A stretch of 64,000 nt of DNA from Terriglobia bacterium (GCA_965206645.1 CBDBKE010000001.1:288001-352000), one strand, 5' to 3'; shown: positions 21,426-32,397, counted from the stretch's first letter. Notes: generated from the sequence alone by a model not told the origin. A program made the numbers and translations.

Positions 21426-22373
21426 ATGCGCAGCCAAGTTCAGTTCATTATCGTCGGCGCGATCCTCGTCTTCCTGGGCATCGGCACGGACGGACAGCCT
21501 CGCGGGGGCGTTGTGGCGCACGCACAGGATTCCTGGCGTGGCCTGACCGTCGTGCCGGAACGGCGTTGCTCGCCCTACGACTCGGACGATTACCGATACC
21601 CGCAGTCGGTCGAGGATGGGATCATCAGGGAACTCGGCGGCGTCTACGGTCCGTACACCGGACGCTGGTTCGCGAGCAAATCCGAGACCGACATCGAGCA
21701 CATGGTGGCTCGGTCCGAGGCGCACGACAGCGGCCTGTGCGCCGCCGATGCGGCGACCCGCCGGCGGTTCGCGACCGATCCGCTGAACCTGACGCTGGCC
21801 GGACCACGAGTCAATCGTTACCAGAAGAGCGACCGTGACGCGGCGGACTGGCTGCCGGCGCAGAACCGGTGCTGGTTTGCGGCGCGGGTGATCGCAGTCC
21901 GGCAACGCTACGGGCTGACCATCGATCGGCGTGAGGCGAACGCTCTGGACGCGGCGCTGTCCGGCTGTGCGGGGACTGACGTGATTGTGTTCGGCCGTGG
22001 CGACACGCCTCCGGCAGCGACGCCGCTTGCTGCTGGTGGATCCGAAGTGGTCGCGGAGTGGGACGACAATCGCAACGGACGCATCAGTTGCGCGGAGGCC
22101 CGCGCGCACGGCATCGCCCCGGTGACGCGCAAGCACCCGGCGTATCCGTTCATGCGGGATGGCGACGGTGATGGCGTGGTCTGCGAGTCCGGGGGCAGAA
22201 GCTCGGTGGCGGCAAGCCCGTCGCAGGGACGTGGTGGCGCGGGGAGCGGTTGCGGGCCGTACCGTAACTGCACGGCGCTCAGGCGTGATCATCCCAAGGG
22301 GGTTCCGCGAGGGCACTGCGCGTACCAACGCCGCATGGACCGCGACAACGATGGGCGAGCCTGTGAACGCTAG
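21426..22373 (+). CDS. Secreted HNH (DUF1524-like) nuclease with two excalibur Ca-binding domains
   Basis: Signal peptide; DIEHMV...NLTLA...VNRYQKSD...WLP; RDGDGDGVVCE and DRDNDGRACE. Confidence 0.8.
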   Translation: MRSQVQFIIVGAILVFLGIGTDGQPRGGVVAHAQDSWRGLTVVPERRCSPYDSDDYRYPQSVEDGIIRELGGVYGPYTGRWFASKSETDIEHMVARSEAHDSGLCAADAATRRRFATDPLNLTLAGPRVNRYQKSDRDAADWLPAQNRCWFAARVIAVRQRYGLTIDRREANALDAALSGCAGTDVIVFGRGDTPPAATPLAAGGSEVVAEWDDNRNGRISCAEARAHGIAPVTRKHPAYPFMRDGDGDGVVCESGGRSSVAASPSQGRGGAGSGCGPYRNCTALRRDHPKGVPRGHCAYQRRMDRDNDGRACER

Positions 22374-22659
22374 CGGCCCAGGGAATCGAGTACCGAACTC
22401 CTGCCCGAAGGCGGGCCGGCCGGCCGGGGAATCGCCGCCGGTCTGTGCGTCTGACGACCTCCGACGACAGGTTCTGGTGCGGGTTGCTGGTGCTGAACGG
22501 CGGCGACTACTGAGCGAACCGCGGTGCGGCGGGGTCCGCGGACGGTTCGGATGGTCGTCTGGATTCCCGCGCGGAAAGTGGTAATCGATGGGGGAATCAT
22601 GGCCGGCATGATGACAGTAAGACGTTATTTATGAATGCCTTGCTGGACTCCGGCGATTC

Positions 22660-22880
22660 ACGCTGCCAGGACGGAGCTTCGCCGCCAGACAGTCACCGTC
22701 TCGATTAAACAGCAACAGCGGGTGGTAACACATGGACTCGAAGTGCCCGTTGTAGGCGCTCTGCTCCTGCTCGCCATAGACCGGAATCTCGGTTGAGTCC
22801 ATATCCAGCACCGCTCGGTAGTGCCAATGGATTGCTTCTGCCTTGCCGATCAGTTCCCGGTTGAGCCGAGTGATCTGCCG
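22660..22880 (-). pseudogene. Internal fragment of a diverged IS1380-family transposase
   Basis: VLDMDSTEIPVYGEQEQSAYNGHFES...AAKLRPG matches the 13088..14416 transposase. Confidence 0.88.
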
Positions 22881-23249
22881 ACCGATGGCCACGTCCTGGC
22901 TTTGTCGGGCTTAAAGGCAAAGAAGGAAATAGAGAGCGGTCACTACAGCTTCGCTGTGGACTCCGAAGCAGAGAGTGGTGGGTTAGGGAAAGTAGTTCCC
23001 CCGGCTCGACAAAGCGCGGCCTACCGAGGAGCCGGGCTATTGCAGATCAAAAACCATTACTGCAACAACGTGCTGCACAGCCCGTAGAGCATGACCGTGG
23101 CAGCAACGACTGTCAAGAAACTGTCAGAAAACTCGCCCATCAAGAGGGCTAGGCGTAGGCGTTGCGAGCGAAAGCAGACGCCCTGAAGTTGTGTAAGAGC
23201 AACGAGAGGAAGGAGTTGGTGGAAAACCGTGGAAGACGCCAGCCTGCTC

Positions 23250-24059
23250 GACAATCAGATGATCTTCGCTGACCGCCACCTCCGCCGTGTAACCCAGCGT
23301 GAATCCCTTGCGGTCGCGCAAGAACCGGCTGTCGGGATCGGTTTCCGAACGCCGCTTCAGCCCGCTTTTGCGCAACCGCTCCAGGCATCGCGGGATTTCT
23401 TCCAGCCGCTTCTCCAGCGCTGCCATCTGCTTGCCGCTCAGTTGCTGGCCAGCCGCTTCCTCGCAGGACTGCGCGTCACATTGTTTCTGCCAGCGACGAA
23501 TCTGCCGCCGAATTTTGGCTCGCTCTGCCCGCAACTTGGCCACCGTCTCCACCCGGTCCCGCGAGGCGTTGGCCGCCACCCGCGTCGAGTCCATGGCCAC
23601 GTGTCCCAGCCGCCCCATTCCCAGCGACCGCGCCAACTCCACCACCTGTGTGAACAGATCGTTCAGGGCACGGGCGTGCCGCGTCCGAAACTGGTTCAGC
23701 GTCCAAAAGTCCGGCCCCGCTCCGGCCGCCAGATAACGGAACGCCAGGTCCTCCCGCACCCGCTGTTCCAGACGGCGGGCCGAGGTCACGCCCAGCGCGT
23801 AGGCATACAGCCACACCTTCAGCAACAGCGCCGGATGATAGGCCGGGCGGCCTTCTTCCACCTAGCCCTGCTCAAACGCACTCAGTTCCAGCCGCTCCAC
23901 AACTTGGTGCACAAAAAAACAGATGTGATCTTCTCCCTGCACCTCCCGCACGCTGGGCGGCAGCAGATACGCTTGCTCCGGGTTGTAGGTCAAGAATTTC
24001 ATCGCGCCTACTTAAGGCGCATTATACGTGACTCGCAAAAGCGGTTTTCACACAGACTC
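23250..24059 (-). pseudogene. Truncated IS1182-family transposase with its left end
   Basis: Start 24002 MKFLTYNPEQAYLLPPS; TAG at 23862-23864; GRPAYHP, PDFWTLNQFR, DSTRVAANAS, TDPDSR; terminal GAGTCTGTGTGAAAA. Confidence 0.85.
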
Positions 24060-24060
24060 T

Positions 24061-24177
24061 AGGGGCCCCCGGCGCCGAGGGCCTATAACCCTTTCCTACT
24101 ACCAAAACCGGTTTCACGGCCCCAGGTTGTGATGTAAACTCTCTCACAACGACTGGTACAAAAAATCGGTCCGGTCA
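24061..24177 (+). mobile_element. Diverged right-end remnant of the resident IS3 family
   Basis: Aligns to the last ~115 bp of copies B-E with several substitutions; ends GGTACAAAAAATCGGTCCGGTCA. Confidence 0.85.
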
Positions 24178-24192
24178 GACTGGAGGATTTCC

Positions 24193-24795
24193 GTGTCCGC
24201 GGTTGTGATCACGCTGCTCGTGCTTGTTCTCGGGGCCGTCGTCCTCGTTGCGATGGTGACGGGCATCTACAACAAGCTCGTGACGTACCGGAACAGGTAC
24301 AAGAACGCGTTCGCCCAGATCGAGGTCCAGCTCAAGCGGCGTCACGACCTCATCCCCAACATGGTCGAAATCGCCAAGGGCTATATGAAACACGAGCGCG
24401 AGACGCTCGAAGCCGTGATCCAGGCGAGGAACCAGGCCTCCGGCGGCCTCGAGAAGGCGGCGCAGGATCCCGGGAACGCCGACGCGATCGCCGGACTGGC
24501 GGCGGCCGAGGGTGTGCTCAGCGGTACCGTGGGACGCCTGTTCGCGCTTGCGGAGAGCTACCCGGATCTCAAGGCCAACCAGAACATGATGCAGCTCAGC
24601 GAGGAGCTACGGTCGACCGAAAACAAGGTCGCGTTCGCGAGGCAGGCGTTCAACGACAGTGTGACGCAGTACAACACCTACAAGCAGACATTCCCGACCG
24701 TCGGGTTGGCCGGGATGTTCGGTCACGGGAACGACGCGGCGATGCTCGAATTCGACAGCGAGCAGATCGCAGAGCCGCCGACAGTGTCGTTCTAG
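24193..24795 (+). CDS. lemA: LemA-family protein
   Basis: N-terminal TM; YNKLV, IEVQLKRRHDLIPN, YPDLKANQN, TENKVAFARQAFN. Confidence 0.95.
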   Translation: MSAVVITLLVLVLGAVVLVAMVTGIYNKLVTYRNRYKNAFAQIEVQLKRRHDLIPNMVEIAKGYMKHERETLEAVIQARNQASGGLEKAAQDPGNADAIAGLAAAEGVLSGTVGRLFALAESYPDLKANQNMMQLSEELRSTENKVAFARQAFNDSVTQYNTYKQTFPTVGLAGMFGHGNDAAMLEFDSEQIAEPPTVSF

Positions 24796-24800
24796 GGCGC

Positions 24801-26714
24801 ATGGCCACCGACTTCTTCGAGCGCCAGGACGTCGCCCGGCGCAATACGACCCGGCTGGTGATCCTGTTCGCGTTCGCCGTGCTGGCGCTGATCGTGTCGA
24901 TCGATCTCCTCCTCGCGGCCACGATGGGCTACCTCGGCCGGAATCCCGAGACCGGGGCTGTCGACTGGGCGCTGGCCGCCGATCCGCGGGTGCTCAGCCT
25001 GGCGGTCTTCGGCACGCTCATCGTGGCGGGAGGGGGCAGTCTCTTCAAGATCGCGCAGCTGAGGGGCGGTGGCCAGGTGGTCGCGGAGCAGCTCGGCGGC
25101 CGCCTCATCAATCCGGACAGCGCGGTCCCGTCCGAACAACAGCTCCTGAACGTCGTCCAGGAGATGGCGATCGCGTCGGGTGCGCCGACCCCGCCGGTCT
25201 ATCTGCTGGACAACGAAGCGGGGATCAACGCCTTCGCCGCCGGGTTCACGCCCAGCGACGCGGTGATTGGCGTCACGCGCGGGGCGGCCGACGCGTTCAC
25301 GCGCGACGAACTCCAAGGGGTGATCGCCCACGAGTTCAGCCACATTCTGAATGGCGACATGCGGCTCAATATCCGTTTGATCGGCCTTCTCCACGGCATC
25401 CTGATCATCGGCATCCTTGGCTACTTTGTCCTGCGCATGGCCGCGTTCTCCGGCGTTGGGCGGAGCCGTTCCCGTCAGGAGAGTTCTCCGCTTCCCATGC
25501 TGGCGCTCGGTGCCGGCCTCATGACCGTCGGCCTCTTCGGCACGCTGTTCGGTAATCTGATCAAGGCGGCGGTCAGTCGCCAGCGCGAGTTCCTCGCCGA
25601 CGCGTCGGCGGTACAGTTCACGCGACACCCAGCGGGAATCGCGAATGCGCTGAAGCGGATCGGCGGTGCGACGACCGGCTCGGGCATCCAGAGCCCGAAC
25701 GCGCCGGAGGCGAGCCACCTGTTCTTCGGCCGCGCTACGAGCGGCTTCAGCGGACTTTTTTCGACGCATCCGCCACTGGACGAGCGGATTCGCCGGATCG
25801 AGCCATCCTGGGACGGCGCGTTGCCTGAGGGGAAGGCAGTCGCGAGCACACAGCCGGCTGCAGCTGGCGCCTCCGCGTTTGCCGGCAGTGCCGCATCCTC
25901 AGGGCCCCCAACCGTCGACCAAGTGGGGCAGCCGGCAGGCGAGGCGCATCTCCAGTACGCCGCGCGGCTCGTCAAGAGCCTGCCGGCGCAGCTCGTCAGC
26001 GCCGCTCACGAACCGTACGGTGCGCGCGCCCTCGTCTACGCGCTGTTGCTCGACCATGAGGCCGCGCCTCGACAGCGCCAGCTCGCTCACCTGAAGGAGG
26101 CGGCCGACCCAGGGGTGTACGAGGAAACACGCCGGCTGATGCCGCTCGTCGAGCAACTCGACATGCGGGCGCGCCTGCCGCTGCTCGATATCTCGCTGCC
26201 GGCGCTGCGCAGCCTGGTGCCGGCGCAGTACGACCTCTTCAAGCAGAACGTTGCCGCGCTCGTGCAGGCCGACAACGAAATCGACCTCTTCGAGTGGTCG
26301 CTGCACCGGATTCTGCTGCACGAACTCGAGGCGCACTTCGTGAAGCGGAGTCCGCCGCGCGTCCGCTACCGCACGCGGGCCTCGGTTCGGGCGCACAGCG
26401 AGCTATTGCTCTCGATGCTCGCCTACGCCGGGCACCGCGACCTGGAGTCGGCCCGACACGGGTTCGAGCATGCGAAGCGCATTCTGGAACGGCCGGACGC
26501 GCGCCTTCGTCCAGTGGACGACCTGAAGTTCACAGCGCTCGACGCCGCGCTCGGTGCGCTTGAGGAGGCGGCGCCCAAGGTGAAACGCCAGCTGCTGCGG
26601 GCGGCCGTCGCCTGCATCGCCGCCGACCGCACGGTAACCGCCACGGAGGCGGAGTTGCTCAGAGCGATGTCGGCGTCGCTCGGCTGCCCGATGCCGCCAC
26701 TGCTCATGGACTGA
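24801..26714 (+). CDS. M48 (HtpX-like) membrane zinc metalloprotease with C-terminal extension
   Basis: DFFERQ start, INAFAAG, HEFSH zinc motif, SRQREFLAD, STHPPLDERI; typical partner of lemA. Confidence 0.92.
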   Translation: MATDFFERQDVARRNTTRLVILFAFAVLALIVSIDLLLAATMGYLGRNPETGAVDWALAADPRVLSLAVFGTLIVAGGGSLFKIAQLRGGGQVVAEQLGGRLINPDSAVPSEQQLLNVVQEMAIASGAPTPPVYLLDNEAGINAFAAGFTPSDAVIGVTRGAADAFTRDELQGVIAHEFSHILNGDMRLNIRLIGLLHGILIIGILGYFVLRMAAFSGVGRSRSRQESSPLPMLALGAGLMTVGLFGTLFGNLIKAAVSRQREFLADASAVQFTRHPAGIANALKRIGGATTGSGIQSPNAPEASHLFFGRATSGFSGLFSTHPPLDERIRRIEPSWDGALPEGKAVASTQPAAAGASAFAGSAASSGPPTVDQVGQPAGEAHLQYAARLVKSLPAQLVSAAHEPYGARALVYALLLDHEAAPRQRQLAHLKEAADPGVYEETRRLMPLVEQLDMRARLPLLDISLPALRSLVPAQYDLFKQNVAALVQADNEIDLFEWSLHRILLHELEAHFVKRSPPRVRYRTRASVRAHSELLLSMLAYAGHRDLESARHGFEHAKRILERPDARLRPVDDLKFTALDAALGALEEAAPKVKRQLLRAAVACIAADRTVTATEAELLRAMSASLGCPMPPLLMD

Positions 26715-26909
26715 GCACCGTCACTCCGTCCTCGTCGTTGGGACGAGGCCAACTACTCGATCGACGGGCTGCTGACGCCGCGAATCAGTCAGGAGCGCCG
26801 GCTATTTTCGTGGCGCGCGACGTTCGGCGTGCTCGCTCCGCATATCGCCCCGATCTGGAGCCTGCGCGTCGCGCACTACCAGATCTCCCTGCCGACCGGC
26901 CCGCCGGTG

Positions 26910-27713
26910 GGTACTGTCAAGTTCAGTGGGAGCGTGGCAGACTTGGCCGATGAAACGCGACACGCTGAGCTACCATGGATATCGATTCCCACCCGACATT
27001 ATCAGCCACGCCGTCTGGCTGTATCACCGCTTCGGTGTGAGCTTTCGCGATGTCGAAGATCTCCTGGCCCAACGCGGCATTACGGTGTCCTACGAAGCGA
27101 TCCGGCTGTGGTGCCTCACGATCGGTTCAGTATACGCTCGCCGGCTCAAGCGTCGACAGGGCCGGCTGGGCGACATCTGGCACCTGGACGAGGTCTTCGT
27201 CACCATCCAGGGACAGCGGCGCTATCTCTGGCGTGCCGTCGATCAAGATGGTGACGTCATCGATATCCTCGTCCAGTCGCGTCGCGACTGTCGGGCGGCT
27301 ACACGCTTTTTCCGCAAGCTATTGAAGGGCCAGGAGCGTACGCCTGGGCGGTTGGTCACCGACAAGCTGAGCAGCTACAGGGCTGCGCACCGAGCGGTCA
27401 TGCCGTCCGTCGCCCATCGCACGGACCGATACGAGAACAATCGCGCCGAAGTCTCCCACCAGCCCACACGGCAACGCGAGCGACAAATGCGCCGGTTCAA
27501 ATCTCCCGGGCAGGCACAACGATTCTTGTCCGTGCATGGACTCGTCCGCAACCTCTTCCGCGTTGGCCGTCACCTGGTGCGAGCGGTGCATCATCGGGAG
27601 CTACGAGGACGCTCTTTTCTCATTTGGGATGCAGTCACGATCGCCGCCTGACTCGAACTGAGATCACGATCCCGAGTACCGGCTCGCTCGACGAACGCTA
27701 ACTTGACAGTACC
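26910..27713 (+). mobile_element. IS6-family element (804 bp); transposase 26950..27651
   Basis: GGTACTGTCAAGTT IRs; YRFPPDII, WHLDE, LWRAVD, VTDKL, NNRAEVSHQPTR. Confidence 0.95.
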
Positions 27714-27893
27714 CACCAGGTCGCGCACAAATCGACTGGCCCGGTTCCTTCGGGCTCCCTCGAAATAGAAGCAGAATTGAGCCCTCGTGAACACGCCGCT
27801 ATGCAGACAGACCAGGGCGATCCACTCCGCTTCGCACCCCGTCCAGCCGAAAGGCTCTAACGACTTTTCTCGATCATGAAGATGCGCGATCAT
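27714..27893 (-). pseudogene. N-terminal fragment of a hypothetical protein truncated by IS6
   Basis: GGGAG RBS then MIAHLHDREKSLEPFGWTGCEAEWIALVCLHSGVFTRAQF runs into the IS6 end. Confidence 0.55.
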
Positions 27894-28001
27894 AACTCCC
27901 CGCCGGTCACGGCCAGAGCCAATCCTTAGACGTGTACCGCGAAGCGGACGGAGGTAGCCGAGCACGATGACATCTCGGGCACGGCTGTGATTTATAGAAA
28001 C

Positions 28002-28023
28002 AGTATATTTCTTATACTATAAT
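28002..28023 (+). promoter_or_regulatory. brnTA promoter/operator: AGTATA-N5-TATACT inverted repeat overlapping TATAAT
   Basis: TATAAT at 28018-28023, 5 nt before the ATG, so probably leaderless. Confidence 0.6.
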
Positions 28024-28028
28024 AACTC

Positions 28029-28292
28029 ATGCCATTTGAGTATGATCCCGCTAAAAGCGTCACAAACAAGGCCAAGCATGGCATCGACTTCGACGAAGCC
28101 CAGGTGCTTTGGAAAGATGCTCGGATACTGCAAGCACCGGCAAACACCGATGACGAGCCGCGCCTTCTGGTGATCGGAAAGATTGGCGAAAACCACTGGG
28201 CCGCCGTCTGCGCTCGTCGTGGGGATAATGTGCGGATCATCTCGGTGCGGCGCGCCCGGAAACAGGAGATCGACCACTATGAAAGCAAGTGA
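28029..28292 (+). CDS. brnT: BrnT-family toxin
   Basis: FEYDPAKSVTNKAKHGIDFDEA...EPR...VRIISVRRA. Confidence 0.92.
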   Translation: MPFEYDPAKSVTNKAKHGIDFDEAQVLWKDARILQAPANTDDEPRLLVIGKIGENHWAAVCARRGDNVRIISVRRARKQEIDHYESK

Positions 28293-28494
28293 GTTCGACA
28301 AGAAATTTAATGCAGGAGAGGATGTTAGCGGCCATGTCGACTGGTCGAAAGCAAAGCGCCCGAACGAGCAGGTGAAGCGGGTGAATGTGGACTTCCCGGC
28401 ATGGGTTGTGGCCGGGCTGGACAGTCAGGCGCGGCATCTTGGCGTGACCCGCCAGGCGCTCATCAAGTTGTGGATCGCTGAACGGCTACAGTGA
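28279..28494 (+). CDS. brnA: BrnA/CopG-type antitoxin
   Basis: MKASEFDKKF...KRVNVDFPAW...GVTRQALIKLWIAERL; overlaps the toxin stop. Confidence 0.88.
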   Translation: MKASEFDKKFNAGEDVSGHVDWSKAKRPNEQVKRVNVDFPAWVVAGLDSQARHLGVTRQALIKLWIAERLQ

Positions 28495-28674
28495 AGCGGC
28501 AACCGAACCTGAAGGCGAACTCGGGCCCGGCGTCCTGATGCCGTTGACGTCGTCGGGGAACAGGGGGACCTGATTCGGCGTGGAGTGCTCCCACATTCCA
28601 CAGAGCCCGACCAAAAGAACGCGGTTGTCGGGATGGTGACAAATCGAGATCGCCCCGATTCAGCCCACGAAATG

Positions 28675-29924
28675 TGACCAGACCGATTTTTTGTACCAAC
28701 CGTAGTGAGAGTTTACATCGCAGCCTGGGGCTGTGAAACTGGTTTCAGTGGCAGGGGAGGGCTATAGGCCCCCGGCGCCGGGGGCCTATAGGCGAGCGCC
28801 GAGTGCGGCCGCACCGTGTTGTATTGCACCCTCCACTGTTCAATCACCACCTGTGCCTCCTTCAACGAGTAGAAGATCTCTCCATTCAGGCATTCGTCCC
28901 GCAGCTTCCCATTGAAACTCTCGCAGTACCCGTTCTCCCAGGGACTGCCCGGTTCGATGTACAGTGTCCCGGTCCCTAGATTTGCCAACCACTGGCGCAG
29001 TTGTTTGGCGATGAACTCGGGACCATTGTCGGATCGAATCTGTTCCGGTATCCCTCGCCACAACATCACGTCCGACAACGCCTCAATGATTTGTTGGCTG
29101 CCCATCCTCCGCTCCACCCGGATCGCCAGGCATTCCCGCGTGTACTCATCCAGCAAGGTCAGCAGCCGCAGCGTTCTCTCCTCGTGCGTTCTGGCACTCA
29201 TGAAGTCGTAGCTCCACACGTGGTTCGGTCGCTCCGGCCTCAGTCGTACACAGGAACCGTCGTTCAGCCACAGCCGTCCTTGCGGCCTTTGTTTTTGCGG
29301 CACTTTTAGCCCTTCCCGCCGCCAAATCCGCTGCACCCGGTCCTTGCCCACTTCCCAGCCCGCACTCCGCAGCAACGCTGTGATCCTCCGGTAGCCATAT
29401 CGCCCGTACTTCGCTCCCAGGGCAATGATCGCTCGGGTCAGAGCATCCTCGTCCACCCGATGAATCGGCTCGTATCGTTGTGTCCCTCGCCATTGCCCCA
29501 GCAGCCGGCAGGCATGCCGTTCCGACAACCCGTGTTGCTCCCACGCACGCTCCACCGCACAACGCCGCCGCTCAGGGCTCAGAAGTTTCCCTGTGCCACA
29601 TCCCGCAGTACCTGCTTCTCCAGAGAAAGCTCCGCTACCAACCGCTTCAGCCGCGTGTTTTCCTTCCCCAACTCCTTTAGCCGTTTTGCCTGCACCACCT
29701 TCAGCCCGCCGTATTCCTTCCGCCACCGGTAGTAGGTTTGGGTGTGGATTCCAGCTTCTTTGCAGGCTTGGGGCGCAGTCTTCCCGTTCCCCATCTGCAC
29801 TTCTATCTGCCGTAGCACCGCTACAATCCGCTCCGGCTTGTAACTCCTTGTCGGCATGACCTCACTTCCTCCTCAAGTGGATTCTCTCTCTTTCCACTTG
29901 GTACAAAAAGTGCCGGTCAGGTCA
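28675..29924 (-). mobile_element. IS3-family element, copy C (orfA 29579..29857, orfB ending 28713)
   Basis: 1250 bp with the same ends; a few private missense changes; flanks AAATG / CCAAC give no TSD. Confidence 0.96.
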
Positions 29925-30002
29925 CCAACATATCCGTTGCTGAATCCATCAGGCGACTGCTACGCGGCGGTCTGTCGTCGGCAATGCGGTAAACGAGTTT
30001 GC

Positions 30003-30075
30003 TCACGGCTCGCAGTCCTGGTAGTCCGAGACCATGCAGGCTCGCGCCAGTTCGGTCGCGCGGTTAATCTCGGCC
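30003..30075 (-). pseudogene. C-terminal tail of a Sel1-repeat protein paralog
   Basis: AEINRATELA / CMVSDYQDCEP* matches the tail at 32260..32331. Confidence 0.7.
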
Positions 30076-30100
30076 ATCTTGAATCCTGCTGCATCTTCGA

Positions 30101-31162
30101 GGCGTTGTTGCGTAATTTGCGCTCGCGGCGAACCGGGCCGAGAAGCTCATCCGCCTCAGTACACGCGCTCCGATCGTGGCATTCCAAGCTCCGCCATCCG
30201 GTTCAGCACAGCGCACTTGATCGCGGCTTCGACTTTTTGGTTCTTGACCGTGCGGGCCGAGAGGCTTACCCCGAGTATCGCCTTGTACCGTGAGACCGCA
30301 TTCTCCGCCACGCTCTGGCGAGTGCAGCCACTCGACTTCCGCCACTCATAACGGCCCTGCGTCCTAATACGCCGGAGATGGGTATCACGCATCGCACGCC
30401 ACGGAGGCGGATGAGAGTCTCGGCTGCATCGTGCATTGCGTCGCGGCAAGATCGTCACGATAGCGTCGTGCTGGAGCACGGCCTCGTAGCAGGAACCCGT
30501 GTCGTAGGCCCGGTCTGCGGAGACTTGCCCGATCGAACCAGGAGCCTTAGACAGCAACGAAGAGAGCCTTCGGGCGTCGTGGACGTTGCTCGCAGTCAGG
30601 TCCATCGCAACGATCTCTTTCGTCGTCTCATCGATGCCTAGGTGGAGCTTTCGCCATGTCCTACGGCGGAGGGTTCGGTGTTTTCTGATGTGCCACTCAC
30701 CGGCTCCGTAGATCTTCAGGCCCGTCGAATCGATGACGACATGTCGTGGTCGATCCGTGGGCCCTACACTCAGTCGGACGTCGACGGCGCTTTGCCTTCG
30801 GCTCACCGTGCTGTAGTTGGGCACTGGGAGGTCGAGAGCCATGAGCGCCACGATGGATTGAAGGAACCCTTGAGTGGTCCGTAGGTTGAGGTGAAACACC
30901 GAATTCAGGACCAGCGCACATTGGATCGCCGCATCTGCGTAGACCTTGGGCCGGCCTCGCCCTTCGAAGGGTCCTGGATGACGCCAGGCAGCGACTGCCT
31001 CCGTGTCGAACCACAGTGTCAGCTGCCCACGTTTCACCAGAGCCCGGTTGTACTCCGGCCAGTTGCGAACCTTATATCGGAAGGTGTAGTCGCTTTTGCC
31101 CATCCCCTAGCCTATCAGGAGGGAGAGCGTTGGGGATGGAGTCAGATTTCTGCAACAACGCC
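30101..31162 (-). mobile_element. IS5-family (IS903 group) element, copy 3; transposase 30156..31103
   Basis: Same IRs and 315-aa transposase as copy 2; no TSD. Confidence 0.95.
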
Positions 31163-31264
31163 CCTGGGCGCGCTTTTTGAGCGTCGAAGGGCTATTTGGC
31201 AGTTCGGGCCGCCAAAGGTGAGAGGCGGACCCACTGGACAGGGGAACTGACCTTGCCGCTCCGC

Positions 31265-31293
31265 GTGACATTATGTAGTCATTTGGCTACAAT
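31265..31293 (+). promoter_or_regulatory. TA promoter GTGACA-N17-TACAAT with operator palindrome TGTAGTCATTTGGCTACA
   Basis: Imperfect palindrome 31274-31291 overlaps the -10; ATG 6 nt downstream. Confidence 0.7.
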
Positions 31294-31299
31294 GACAAC

Positions 31300-31629
31300 A
31301 TGGTCAGGGTAGTTCACTACGTAGCAAAAGACGGCACGGACTACTTTGACGAGTGGCTTCAGAACCAGGACACCGAGATTCGAGCTCGCGTCCAGACGCG
31401 CATCGACCGGGTCGAACTGGGAAACTTCGGCGACCACAAAGGGGTGGGCAAGGGTGTTTCCGAGCTTCGAATCGACTTCGGCCCCGGATACCGTGTGTAC
31501 TATGGTCTCGACAGCGAGAAACTCGTGATCCTCCTGGTCGGAGGAACGAAGAAACGGCAGGCCCGCGACATCGAAATGGCCCAGGCCTGTTGGAAGGCGT
31601 ATCAACAGGAGAAACAAAAATGCCCGTGA
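31300..31629 (+). CDS. RelE/ParE-superfamily addiction module killer protein
   Basis: FDEWL...RIDRVELGNFGDHKGVGKGVSELRIDFGPGYRVYY...LLVGGTK...QARDI. Confidence 0.92.
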   Translation: MVRVVHYVAKDGTDYFDEWLQNQDTEIRARVQTRIDRVELGNFGDHKGVGKGVSELRIDFGPGYRVYYGLDSEKLVILLVGGTKKRQARDIEMAQACWKAYQQEKQKCP

Positions 31630-31904
31630 AACAGCACCGAGCTAGCGACTACCTCAAAACACCCCAAGACATCGCTGCGTACCTGAACGCCGCGATCGAG
31701 GAGTTCGACGGTGACCCTCGATTGTTGATGAAAGCTTTTCGTAACGTGGCGGCGGCACAGGGCGGCGTATCTGAAATCGCACGTCGAGCCGCCGTCGACC
31801 GTGTGGGCCTCTCCCGCGGCTTGTCGGGAAACAGAGATCCTCGGCTCGGTACGGTTGCCAAGATCGCCTCTGCCTGCGGCGTGAGGCTTCAGTTTGTGGC
31901 GTAG
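31620..31904 (+). CDS. HTH addiction module antidote protein
   Basis: SDYLKTPQDIAAYLNAA...VAAAQGGVSEIARRA...DPRLGTV; overlaps the toxin end. Confidence 0.9.
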   Translation: MPVKQHRASDYLKTPQDIAAYLNAAIEEFDGDPRLLMKAFRNVAAAQGGVSEIARRAAVDRVGLSRGLSGNRDPRLGTVAKIASACGVRLQFVA

Positions 31905-31936
31905 ACCGTTCAGGGCAGACAGCTGCCGCCGCACAT

Positions 31937-32331
31937 ATGGACCGAATTGATTCGCAGGGCGATTTCGACGCGATCCGTCAAGCGGCGGAGCGGGGCTACG
32001 CCGAGGCGCAGCTTTACCTCGGGAGCATGTACGCCAACGGACTGGGGGTGCCGCAGGATGATGCGGAAGCTGTTCGCTGGTTCCGGTTGGCGGCCGAGCG
32101 AGCGAGCAAGGATACGCCAACGCCGAAGTCGCACGGTTCAGACTTGGGACCATGTACAAGGATTCCGTGCTCGCGTACATATGGTTCACCATCGCCGGCA
32201 CCAATGGGAACGAGACGGCTAAAGACTTGCGGGACGACCTTGAACGTAACATGGCTCGCGCCGAGATCAGCCGTGCGACCGAGCTGGCTCGCGCATGCAG
32301 GGCCTCGGACTATCAGGACTGCGAGCCATAA
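31937..32331 (+). pseudogene. Frameshifted Sel1-repeat protein
   Basis: AAERGYAEAQLYLGSMYANGLGVPQDDAEAVRWFRLAAE, frame change near 32100, then AYIWFTIA...SDYQDCEP*. Confidence 0.82.
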
Positions 32332-32397
32332 GCCGAACCCCAACCTCCCGACGCTGTCTCTGCTCTGAGGCCAGTTTTGCCCGTTTCCAAGGAGGCT

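Noticed and set aside
22893-23249. Non-coding stretch between the IS1380 and IS1182 remnants as possible RNA or IS end
   Set aside because: No recognisable motif, partner repeat or convincing fold
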